Assembly (NCBI GenBank): GCA_965229245.1
Contig: CBDDIW010000002.1
Span: forward strand, 97,017-161,016
Direction: 5' to 3'
DNA from: Verrucomicrobiales bacterium
GTDB lineage: Bacteria; Verrucomicrobiota; Verrucomicrobiia; Verrucomicrobiales; V1-33
DNA length: 64,000 bases
The translations under genes and the position numbers were made by a program. The notes beneath the pieces are model-generated. The model was not told the origin of the DNA and did no database searches. It saw only the letters and a program-made list of their open reading frames with translations. Shown here in pieces: positions 28,740 through 38,600 of the stretch. Each line of letters starts with the position of its first letter. Position 1 is the stretch's first letter.

Positions 28740-30620
28740 ATGAAAAAACTGCCAGTCCTTCTCACAGGATTCCTCCTAACAGGAATAAATCTTCACGCCG
28801 ATGTGGTCACCACCGCGGATAATGCCAGTACACCGGATGACGGGAAACTGTCGCTTCTCGAAGCTCTCGCCAAGGTCACGGACGGGGAAACGATCACTTT
28901 CGATATCCCGGGAGACGGGCCGCATTATATCGTCACGCCGGACGGAGGATATCCTGTCATCGCCAAAAACGGCGTCACTATCAACGGCTATTCCCAGCCC
29001 GGGGCCAGCCCGAACTCCGCGGGGCTCCGGGAACCTAACAACGCGAAAATCCGCATCGTGCTCGACAGCCGCACGGAGACACCGGGCTCCCGCCGCACCC
29101 TTCTGGATTATCCTGGCTTTGGCGATACGGAAAGTGCCGTGCTGGGCTTTAACAATGCCAATGGAACCCTCGTCCGCGGCCTGGCTTTCATCAGCAGTCT
29201 GTCCGCCGGCACGCAGGGGGATCCTTCCGTTTATAACATCGCTCTCGTAAACCGCTGCGCGGGATCCCGGGTGCAGGGCTGCTGGTTTGGCATCGACCCC
29301 GGAGTCACTGACTGGACGCCGGACGCCAACGGCGTGGTGACAGGAGTGCATGGTGCTACCAGCGCCGTGGCCGCCTTTGCCGATTCCGGACAGGACAGCA
29401 TCGGCCTGACCTTTGGTAAGAGTGTCAACGGTGCCGGAGATCAGGGAGAGGCGAATCTCTGCGTGGCCCAGCGGATTGCGGTCAATCTCAAAGCGGAGGC
29501 CGTGGTGGTGGCGGGCAACTGGATCAACGTGCTGCCGGACGGCTCCCTGTTCGATCCCGCGAAGCAGGGGCTCGATCTGGAGGAAGGCTTCGCGGCCATT
29601 CAAAACGGAAATCCAAGGGGTATGCTCATCGGCACGGATGGGAACGGCGTAAACGATGCCAACGAAGGCAACGTCTTCGGCCCCATCGCCTATGACGTGG
29701 TGGCTGAATTCTGGGGCTCCGGTCCGGGCATTCGTTTTGCGGGTAATTCAGTGGGGGTAGGTCTGGATAACCTCCCTGCCTTTCGCAGTCCGGGCACGAG
29801 CCTCGTCGCCATCCGGAAAAACTCGGACCTGCGCATTGGCGCGGACTGGGAAAAGCCTTATAACCCGGCGGAAGTGAATCACATTTACGGGCTGGAGGCG
29901 AAATTCGTCTCCTGGCATGGCAGCAATAATGATGTCAGCGGCACGGCGGCGACCGTGAATCTGCGCGGCAATGAATTGATCGATAACTACGGCGGCATTC
30001 CCCTGGATGTCAGTTCCTCCGTCCCCGCCTCCCGCGTCTATGCTCAGGTTTTGGCGGATCCCTCCAACCCCGCCGTCACTATCGGTGCCACCTCCACCAC
30101 CACGACGCTGGAAGGCACCGCGCCGCTCCCCGCGGGTGGGGTGACTGGACCGACGATCGATATCTACATCGCCGACGCCTATGGCCTTTACCAGAATACC
30201 CCGCAGGGACGGTCCTGGCTGGGCAGCTTTGTCATGGACGGGCCGCTGGACACGAACCCCGTGACCGGGGCCTTCACTTTCGACATGACGGCATTCGGCC
30301 TCACCAATGCCGAACTGGGCCGCCTCACCCTCACCGCCACCTACGGGCTCACCAGTGGCCAGGCGGTGACCACGCCGTTTTCCTCCGTACTCTCCCCCGC
30401 GACCCAGCCGGACCCGTTGACGGACCTGACAATCTCTCCAGACGCCGGGGGCGCGAAGCTGGAATGGACCGGCGGCACCGGCCCGTTCCTGGTCTATTCC
30501 ACGACGGATCCCGCTGGTCCCTGGTCCCTGCTGACCACCGTGCCGGGGCAGTCCCTGGTAACCCCGCCCGATGGGTCAAGGCGCTTCTACCGCATCCGTG
30601 AAGGGGCGTCCCCGAGGTAA
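28740..30620 (+). CDS. Secreted parallel beta-helix-like protein (CSLREA-like N terminus)
   Basis: Signal peptide from ATG 28740; VVTTAD...GKLSLLEAL, ITFDIPG.GPH, TINGYSQPGA.PN, repeated V.GN.IG motifs. Confidence 0.75.
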   Translation: MKKLPVLLTGFLLTGINLHADVVTTADNASTPDDGKLSLLEALAKVTDGETITFDIPGDGPHYIVTPDGGYPVIAKNGVTINGYSQPGASPNSAGLREPNNAKIRIVLDSRTETPGSRRTLLDYPGFGDTESAVLGFNNANGTLVRGLAFISSLSAGTQGDPSVYNIALVNRCAGSRVQGCWFGIDPGVTDWTPDANGVVTGVHGATSAVAAFADSGQDSIGLTFGKSVNGAGDQGEANLCVAQRIAVNLKAEAVVVAGNWINVLPDGSLFDPAKQGLDLEEGFAAIQNGNPRGMLIGTDGNGVNDANEGNVFGPIAYDVVAEFWGSGPGIRFAGNSVGVGLDNLPAFRSPGTSLVAIRKNSDLRIGADWEKPYNPAEVNHIYGLEAKFVSWHGSNNDVSGTAATVNLRGNELIDNYGGIPLDVSSSVPASRVYAQVLADPSNPAVTIGATSTTTTLEGTAPLPAGGVTGPTIDIYIADAYGLYQNTPQGRSWLGSFVMDGPLDTNPVTGAFTFDMTAFGLTNAELGRLTLTATYGLTSGQAVTTPFSSVLSPATQPDPLTDLTISPDAGGAKLEWTGGTGPFLVYSTTDPAGPWSLLTTVPGQSLVTPPDGSRRFYRIREGASPR

Positions 30621-30642
30621 GGCAGCCCAGGCTTTATAAATC

Positions 30643-30673
30643 AAGGCATCCGGGGACCCCGGATGCCTTTTTT
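30643..30673 (+). terminator. Intrinsic terminator
   Basis: 12-bp stem aaggcatccggg/cccggatgcctt followed by a T-run. Confidence 0.8.
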
Positions 30674-30764
30674 CGTTCCCTGCGGTCTTTGCGGAACAAA
30701 TTTCCGGTGACAGCCCGCCACGGCCCGTTAGCGTGGCCCGCGTTTTCGCACCTTCTTTGCTTCC

Positions 30765-31802
30765 ATGACCTTCCGTATTCCTCTTCTCGCCCTCGTGCTG
30801 TCCTTCTCCGGGAGCACCTTCGCTCATGACGGCACCGATGCCGCCCACCCGGCCCAAACGCCCGGCGTGGCGACCGCTCCCGAAGTGAAAAGCTGGACCG
30901 GTGAAGGTGACTACAAGTTTGAAACCAGCCCCGGCTGGGGAGCCCCTCCCACCGGCAGGGCACCCGGCTCCACCCACGGCGGCGTCGCGCGGGACAAGGC
31001 GGGCAATGTCTATGTCTGCACGGAGGGGAAAGGCATTCTCGTCTTCAATCCCGACGGCACTTATCAGCGGGCCATCGGCGCGGATTTCAAAGCCCTGCAC
31101 GGGCTGATGCTCCGTGAAGAGAAAGGTGAGGAAGTCCTCTACGCCGCCTGGCTGGGCGGTGGTCAGGCGCTGAAGTTGAAACTGGACGGTACCGTGCTTC
31201 TCAAGATCCCCTGCCCCATGGAGAGCGGCAAGTATAAGGACGCGGGCCAGTTCAAAGTGACCTCCGTGGACAGTGCTCCGGACGGCTCCATCTTTGTGGC
31301 GGACGGCTACGGGCTTTCCTACATCCACAAGTTCGACGCCGCGGGCAAGTATCTCCTGACCTTCGGCGGCAAGGGCAGCGACGACAATACCTTCCAAACC
31401 TGCCACGGGATCGGCGTGGATCTGCGCGGCCCGAAACCTCTCCTGCTCGTCTGCGACCGGGAGAACCGGAGGCTCCAGCACTTCGACCTCGATGGGAAAT
31501 TCGTGGCCAACGTGGCCAAAGATCTCCGCCGCCCCTGCGCGGTGTCCTTTGAGGGCAAAATGGTGGCCATCGCGGAACTCGAAGCCCGCGTGACCATCCT
31601 GGACGGCGAGAACAAGGAAGTGGCCCACCTGGGCGACAATCCTGACAAAAAACAGTGGGCCAACTACGGCGTGCCTCCCAATGAGTGGAACCCGCTGCTG
31701 TTCACCGCTCCCCACGGTCTGTGCTGGGATGGAAACGGCGGCGTGTATGTGGAGGACTGGAACGCCACGGGCCGGGTCCGCTACCTGAAGCGCATCAAGT
31801 AA
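30765..31802 (+). CDS. NHL-repeat beta-propeller protein (peptidyl-alpha-hydroxyglycine lyase-like)
   Basis: THG, FVADGYG..YIHKF, CHGI, VCDRENRRLQHF, PHG..D..G.VYV.DW. Confidence 0.85.
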   Translation: MTFRIPLLALVLSFSGSTFAHDGTDAAHPAQTPGVATAPEVKSWTGEGDYKFETSPGWGAPPTGRAPGSTHGGVARDKAGNVYVCTEGKGILVFNPDGTYQRAIGADFKALHGLMLREEKGEEVLYAAWLGGGQALKLKLDGTVLLKIPCPMESGKYKDAGQFKVTSVDSAPDGSIFVADGYGLSYIHKFDAAGKYLLTFGGKGSDDNTFQTCHGIGVDLRGPKPLLLVCDRENRRLQHFDLDGKFVANVAKDLRRPCAVSFEGKMVAIAELEARVTILDGENKEVAHLGDNPDKKQWANYGVPPNEWNPLLFTAPHGLCWDGNGGVYVEDWNATGRVRYLKRIK

Positions 31803-31812
31803 TTCCTTTCCG

Positions 31813-32874
31813 GTGAGAATTTCCGCCCTCCTCCTCCCGCTGGTGCTCCTGGGTGCCGCGCGGGCGGCGGGGGACGCCGCTTTCGATGCCGCCGTGGATG
31901 GCGCGGCCCCTAACCTGCCGCGCCGGGCCACGGTCATTCTGGCCGATACCCGGCCGGACGGCACGCTTTCCTTCCGGACCACTCACTATAAAGGCGAGGG
32001 GGACGCCAACGACTTCTGGCCCGCCTCCACCATCAAGCTCTACGCGGTGCTGGCCGCCCTGGAGATGGTGCACGAAGCGGGGTTTACCCTGGACGTGACG
32101 GCTTCCTTCGAACACCGGGACGCCGCCGGGACCTGGGTGCCCGATTGCGCGCGCACCCTGAAGGAAATGCTCAGCGAGGTCTTCGTCCGGTCCTCGAACG
32201 AAGACTACACCCTGCTCCTGCGGATGACCGGGCGGGACCGCATCAACTCGAAGTTCCTTTCCCCGGAACGGGGCTTCCAAAAAAGCGCGCTCATGCGCGG
32301 CTATGTCCTCCGGCGGCCCTATGTTTACCTGCCGGACGAGCCCCAGCGCATCACCCTGCGGGCGGCGGATGGCACGGTGAAAACCGTGGAACACACCTGG
32401 AGCGGGCGCGTCTGGTCCCAGGAGCGCGGGGCCACGATCATTGATCCGAAAACCGGCAACTGCACCTCTACCGCCGACATGGCCGAGTGCCTGCGCCGTC
32501 TGATGTTTCATGAGGCCATCCCCGGGACGGAACGCTTTCGCATCCCGAAGGAGATGGTGGATTTCGTCCGCTACGGAGCCGCCGGTCTCTGCGGGCTGGA
32601 GACCAAAGGAAGCGAGAGCGGTCCCTATGCGTGGGCCGGCAGCGGCGAACTCATTTTCCCCGCCGCCCGTTATTTCCACAAGGGTGGCCGCATCGAGACG
32701 TATGTGCTCGACCTGGCCTGCCTGGATGACCGGCCTCAAAGCGGACGCGCCGTGATCCTGGCCGCCTCCGCCGCCAGCGGCCAGCCCGCCGTGATGAAGA
32801 GCATGACAAAAGCGTTGCTGGAATGGAGCAAAGCCCAGCCGAAAGAGGAGCCGGATGCCGGAAAGCCAAAATGA
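31813..32874 (+). CDS. Secreted serine hydrolase, class A beta-lactamase-like fold
   Basis: PASTIK (SxxK), SSN (SxN), HKGG (KTG-like); signal peptide. Confidence 0.8.
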   Translation: MRISALLLPLVLLGAARAAGDAAFDAAVDGAAPNLPRRATVILADTRPDGTLSFRTTHYKGEGDANDFWPASTIKLYAVLAALEMVHEAGFTLDVTASFEHRDAAGTWVPDCARTLKEMLSEVFVRSSNEDYTLLLRMTGRDRINSKFLSPERGFQKSALMRGYVLRRPYVYLPDEPQRITLRAADGTVKTVEHTWSGRVWSQERGATIIDPKTGNCTSTADMAECLRRLMFHEAIPGTERFRIPKEMVDFVRYGAAGLCGLETKGSESGPYAWAGSGELIFPAARYFHKGGRIETYVLDLACLDDRPQSGRAVILAASAASGQPAVMKSMTKALLEWSKAQPKEEPDAGKPK

Positions 32875-34231
32875 TGCCACGGAAGCGGAACGCGGGGAGA
32901 ACCCTGGCGTGCCGCCTCCGGATTTCCCGTCCGCCCTGCGTTACTGGCTGAAGCTGGGGTTTATCAGCTTTGGCGGGCCCGCCGGGCAGATCGCCATCAT
33001 GCACCGGGAGCTGGTGGAGAAGCGGCGCTGGATTTCCGAGGAGCACTTCCTCCACGCGCTGAATTTTTGCATGCTCCTGCCAGGCCCGGAGGCCCAGCAG
33101 CTGGCCACCTACCTGGGCTGGAGACTACACGGCGCGCGGGGCGGCATCGCGGCGGGCGCGCTTTTTGTGCTGCCGTCCATCTTTATCCTGTTCGGCCTGA
33201 GCTGGCTTTACCTGGAAGCCGGGAGTGTCCCCTGGCTGGCTGGCCTGTTTTACGGACTGCTGCCCGCCGTGATCGCACTGGTGACGGTGGCGCTTCTTCG
33301 CATCGGAGGGAAAACGCTGCGTACCCCCACCCTGTGGGGGCTGGCGGCGGCCTCCTTCGTGGCGATCTTCTTTTTTAAGGTTTCCTTCGTTTTGATCATC
33401 GCGGTGGCGGCCCTCCTCGGCTGGGTGGGCAGCCGGGTTGCCCCTGGCCAGTTTCCTTCAGGCACGGGGGGTAAAACCGGGCTGGCCGGTGGTGAGGATT
33501 GCCTGGTCCTTCCACCGGGACCCGCTGCTTCGTGGCGGCGTACCGCTACCGTTCTCGCGGTCTGCCTGACTTTGTGGTGGATTCCCGTGCTGCTCACCGG
33601 CCTCTGGCTGGGATGGGAAAGCACCCCGTTTACCCAGGGTCTTTTTTTCAGCCGCACCGCGCTCCTGACCTTTGGTGGTGCCTATGCCATCCTTCCCTAT
33701 GTGTCCGGGCAGGCGGTGGAGCATTTCCACTGGCTCACCTGGCCGCAGATGACCGCCGGTCTGGGGCTCGCGGAGAGTACTCCGGGCCCGCTCATCATGG
33801 TGCTGCAGTTCGTTGGCTTCGCCGGAGGATGGAATCAGCCGCCGGACGGCTTCAGCCCCCTGGCCGGAGCCACGCTGGGAGCCTTCATCACTACCTGGGT
33901 CACTTTCCTGCCCTGTTTCCTTTTCGTCTTCCTGGGAGGCCCCCATGTGGAAAACCTGCGGAACCGCCCCCGCGCCGGAGCCGCTCTAACCGCCATCACA
34001 GCCTCGGTGGCCGGGGTCATCCTCAATCTCGGACTCTGGTTCGCCTGGCATTCCATCTGGCCTGAGGGATGGGTTCCCGGGGCAGCCCTGGGAGGAGCGG
34101 ATATTTTTGTCATCACCACCTCCCTCGCCGCCTTCGTGGCCCTGCGGTCTATCAAAGCGGGCACCATGACGGTGATCGGAGCCTGCGCCATTGCCGGACT
34201 GATATGGAAAACCATGGTTCTTGTTCTCTGA
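32855..34231 (+). CDS. chrA: Chromate efflux transporter, long-chain CHR family
   Basis: LKLGFISFGGPAGQI, CMLLPGPEAQQLA, TFGGAYA, ESTPGPLI. Confidence 0.95.
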   Translation: MPESQNDATEAERGENPGVPPPDFPSALRYWLKLGFISFGGPAGQIAIMHRELVEKRRWISEEHFLHALNFCMLLPGPEAQQLATYLGWRLHGARGGIAAGALFVLPSIFILFGLSWLYLEAGSVPWLAGLFYGLLPAVIALVTVALLRIGGKTLRTPTLWGLAAASFVAIFFFKVSFVLIIAVAALLGWVGSRVAPGQFPSGTGGKTGLAGGEDCLVLPPGPAASWRRTATVLAVCLTLWWIPVLLTGLWLGWESTPFTQGLFFSRTALLTFGGAYAILPYVSGQAVEHFHWLTWPQMTAGLGLAESTPGPLIMVLQFVGFAGGWNQPPDGFSPLAGATLGAFITTWVTFLPCFLFVFLGGPHVENLRNRPRAGAALTAITASVAGVILNLGLWFAWHSIWPEGWVPGAALGGADIFVITTSLAAFVALRSIKAGTMTVIGACAIAGLIWKTMVLVL

Positions 34232-34323
34232 CTCCGGCGGCGGGCTCAATATGAGCCTTTCTCAAATCCGTGAAGTCAACTCTTCACTGGACATTCCCGG
34301 GGCGGGAAAGATAGCGTCGCCGG

Positions 34324-35547
34324 ATGTCACTCAGTCTGTCGGCCCGCCCATCTCTGTTATGGATCGTGCGTGTACTCAGCTTTTCCGCTCTGGCGGTGTG
34401 TCTGTGGCTCTTTGCCCGCAAGCTTTCCGGGGACATCAACAGCCTCGCGGGCTGCGGCGCGGGAGATGAGTGCGAACAGGTCATGGGCAGCGCCTGGTCG
34501 GAGTGGTTCCATATTCCAGTCACTCTGCTGGCGGCGTTCCTCTACCTTGGCGTGCTGCTGCTGACCATTCCCTCCGTGCAGCGGGTGCTGGGGCGCACGG
34601 GAGATCAACTTCTAGCGGCTAACGGCGTCACGCTGCTTGCGGCGGCGGCATACTTCGTGGGAATCCTCCTTTTTAAGCTGGAGAAAAAATGCCCCTGGTG
34701 CTTCACCCTGCACCTGACTGGCGTGGTGACCGGCGGCATCATCCTTATGGATGCCTTCAGTAAACGCCGCACCGGAGAGCGCGGAGTGCTGGGCGCGGCC
34801 TCCCTCACCGGCTTCATGGCCATGTGCGTGCTGGTGGCCGGTCAGGTGTGGGGACCGAAGCCGGCCACGTATGAGATGATGAATCTCACCTACCTGAATG
34901 ACTCGCTCAAGTTCGACCCCACGAAGCTCCCCATCCTGGGGAAGCCGGATGCCAAAATCGTTCTCGTGGAATTTTTCGACTACACTTGCACCTCCTGCCG
35001 GAACCTCGCCGGGGACCTGCGCGCTCTGAAGCGCAAATGGCCGGACACTTTCGCCGTCATCGCCCTGCCCAGCCCGCTGAGCCGGAACTGCAACGCCTAC
35101 CTCAAACCCGGCGTGCCGGAACACGTGGGAGCCTGTGACCTGGCCCGGCTCTCCCTGACTCTCTGGCGGGCGAAGCCAGCGGCCTTTCAGGATTTTCACG
35201 ATTACCTCCTCAGCATTCCGCTCCCCGTGACACTGGATAAAGTCGCCCTGGCCCGTCTCAAAGCGGACGAACTGGCCGGAGCGGAGGCGATGGCCACGGC
35301 ATCCAAAGACGAATGGGTGGCCCGGCAGATCGAGAGCAACGCCAAAACACTCGGCCGCCTCACTGAGGGGAGCATCGCGATGCCCAAGCTGCTTTTCCCC
35401 TCCCCTGCCCCGGCAAAAGGAGAGTCCAGGACCTCCGGGAATCTACCCAACACCAGCGGGCTTATTACCGAAGGAGGCATGACCGGCACCACGCGCACCA
35501 CGGAGGAATTCATCTTCCTGATGGAGAGACAATTTAAGCTCCGGTGA
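34324..35547 (+). CDS. VKOR family protein fused to a DsbA-like thioredoxin domain
   Basis: GC...C..V..S.WS loop and CPWC in the TM region; C-terminal EFFDYTCTSC. Confidence 0.9.
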   Translation: MSLSLSARPSLLWIVRVLSFSALAVCLWLFARKLSGDINSLAGCGAGDECEQVMGSAWSEWFHIPVTLLAAFLYLGVLLLTIPSVQRVLGRTGDQLLAANGVTLLAAAAYFVGILLFKLEKKCPWCFTLHLTGVVTGGIILMDAFSKRRTGERGVLGAASLTGFMAMCVLVAGQVWGPKPATYEMMNLTYLNDSLKFDPTKLPILGKPDAKIVLVEFFDYTCTSCRNLAGDLRALKRKWPDTFAVIALPSPLSRNCNAYLKPGVPEHVGACDLARLSLTLWRAKPAAFQDFHDYLLSIPLPVTLDKVALARLKADELAGAEAMATASKDEWVARQIESNAKTLGRLTEGSIAMPKLLFPSPAPAKGESRTSGNLPNTSGLITEGGMTGTTRTTEEFIFLMERQFKLR

Positions 35548-35689
35548 AAAATAATTCCCCGCGCCCGTTCCTCACACGTTGTTTCTCCGGGACATTTGTT
35601 CCCGGGAATTTCTTTCATTTTCCTCCCTGAATCCCTCAACTTTTTGTTTCCTTAATGCCTGCCGTGCTGTAGTTACAATGCAAAACTTT

Positions 35690-38600
35690 ATGAAAACACC
35701 ATCTCTTCTGTTTTCTCTTCCTTTTCTCCTGACTGTGCTGGCGGCACAGGCCGGAGAAGTGACCGCCACGCGGTCGGAAGAGACGCGGTCCGGCGGGGCG
35801 GGTAATGCCTCCACGGTCTCGGCCTCCACTACCCAGACATCGGCTGGAAATGCATCCGGGCTGCCGGGTCAACTGTTTTTCCCCTCACCGGAGGAGGAGG
35901 CCTCCACGGCTTCGCTCTCCCCGGAGAGCATTGCCGCTTCCAAGGCCCGGGCAGCCTCTTTCAAGGCCCCGGAGATCCCGGTTCCCGGCCCGCTTACCAG
36001 GGTGCGGTATCGCGGAAAATACCATATGGTGGACATCTCCACGGATGAGCTGCACGTCCGCGGCCGGAAGGGAAAACAGGCTGTCGCCAAAGTGTCCGGG
36101 GTCCGTGATGCCGCGTCTTTGGATCTGGAGTCCGCCCGCATGGAGAAAGCCACTGGAGTAAACGTGGACCTCATTGCCTACCCGCCGGGACGTCCTAAAA
36201 CGGACGCCAATAAAATGCTGCTGACAAAGCGGGTGGTGGTGCGGCTGGCCCAGGGCGTGACCCACTCCGTTTTCGCTGCCACCACGGGTGCCCTCCGGGC
36301 GCAGAGAATGCCTTTCGCCAAAGAGGCCCTCGTTCTCAGCTATCCCACTACCATGGCCGCCGCCGCCGCCGTGGAGGAACTTCGCGCCAGGCCCGGAGTG
36401 CTGGATGCCGAATTGGTCATCGCCACGCTGCGCAGCCCGGAATTCGTTCCCACGGATGCTTACTTCTCCCCAGGAGGAGGCGCACCCGCGAACAATCCCA
36501 CGCCACTCACGGACAACGTCAACACCTTTGTGATGACCAACAACCCCAGCAACGGGTACCAGTGGTGGGCGGACAACAAACCCACCCTGGTGGGGCCGCT
36601 CAATTCCGTGGCAGCCCGGATAGATCTAGGGGACTACCCGCCCATTGGGTATGCTGCCGGTTTTCCACTGCTTAACGGTGAGCAGGCGGATATCCGTCTG
36701 CCCCTGGCATGGGAAAACATCAGCACCCGGTTCAATTCCGCCGTCAGCGGACGCGGCATCCGGGTTTTGATCATCGACGACGGGATTGATGGGACCCACC
36801 CGGATCTGCAACAGGCGCTGGACCTGGTGACCACCCGCCACCGGAATTTTTTCAGCGGAACGAACTCTCCCGCCCCGGAGGATCTCGCCAATGATTCCCA
36901 CGGCACCTCCCTCGCGGGCATCGTGGGTGCCCGTATCAAACTGAGCCAGGGCATGGCCGGTATAGCCCCCCTCTCCACGCTGCAAAGTGCGGTGGCCATC
37001 CGGAACTTCGTGGATGAGCTGGACTGGGCTCAAGCCTTCACTCTGGGCAGCACCCTCGTCGATAGCGACGCGGATAATGATTATCTGGATGAAAAGCGCG
37101 GCGGTGCCAACAACATGTTCTACGAGGTGTGTCTCAATGCCTCCAGTGAAAGCGGCTCCCGCGACGCCACGGATCTCGTACCAGAGACCTGGTACTGGAG
37201 ACGCGCCATCCAGTTTGGCGCCACCAAAGGCCGCGCCTTCAAGGGCGTCGTTTACGTGGCCTCCGCCGGAAATGGCGGGGATGGTCACAACGACACGAAC
37301 TACATGGAGATCAAGAACAGCATCTTCCAGATCACTGTGGGAAGCTGCAGTGAACTGGGACGGCGCATCGCGAGATCCAATCCTGGTTGTAATGTTGTCT
37401 GTGTGGCGCCGTCATGGGGGGATGAACTTCCTCCTCTCCTGAACTGGTCCGGCAGCCCCGGCGGCAGTTTCGGCAACCGCCCCATCAAGGTCAATCCTCC
37501 CCTCGGTCCCGATAACCTCCCCTCGGACTGGCGCCGCGTTACCCAGGGGATTACCACCCTCCGGACCAACAAAGGCTACACCGCCGGCTTCACCGGCACC
37601 TCCGCCTCGGCGGGCATGGTGGCTGGCATCGCCGCGTTGATGCTGGAAAAAAACCCGGATCTGAGCGCCCGGGATGTGAAAGAGATTCTGCTCCGTTCCG
37701 GCCGGGTAAATAATGACGTCCGGGTGACCTATGACGGTAAAGTCTGGCCGACCCAATGGCGCATGGGATCTCTGGGCAGACCGCTCCATCCCGTGTTTGG
37801 GGCCGGGCTTGTGGATGCGAACAAGGCCCTCAAAATCGCTGAGGACTGGCCGGGCCTTCCGCCCAACCCGCTGCCCCCGCTGGATCTGGATGTGGAGGTG
37901 GATGGCTTCGGAAAAACGACAGCCATGCGCAATACTGAAACAGGGGGCCTTTACCTTCCCCTGATCACCAATCGCCTCATTCCTCTGGACGGCACACCCG
38001 TGGTTCTCGAAATTCAGCCGCCTCCATCCGGAATGCGTCTGGAAGAGGTTGAGGTCCGCGTGCAGCTTTACCATGCCCGGCGTGGCGACCTTGAAATCAA
38101 GCTCGTCGCCCCTGGTGAAATTGGCTGGGAGCAGGGACGCGAAATGGAAAGCGTCCTCTACACCCCTCACCGGGACGACTACACTGAGAGCAAGTGGAGC
38201 ACCGAGGAATTGCTCAAACATCCCACGGACTGGACTTTTACCACCCTCAGACACTGGGGCAGCCGTCCTACTAAAGGAACGCCCTGGAAACTGATAATCC
38301 GTGATGCGGTGAACCAGGGAGCCACCCTCACGCCCACGGTGAACGATCCTGTTTATGTGCCGGTAGGAAACCCCACGGACCCCGTGACCCAGCGGATCAC
38401 GGGTGTGGGTGTCACCTACCACGGCACCTTCTCGAAACAGGAGGGGATTGATCCCCCGGTTGTTAAAGCAGGCAGCTTCAACCTGGCTCCCGGCACCACG
38501 TTGAACAAGATACAGCTCGTCGCGTCCGGCCTCGGCGAAAAGAAGGGCGGAGGTGTCCTTTACCCCGTTATCAACTGGGACCTTTTTAACACCGTGGACA

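Noticed and set aside
31813-32874. Bona fide beta-lactam resistance gene
   Set aside because: Only fold-level motifs are present; no recognisable class A omega-loop ExxLN.
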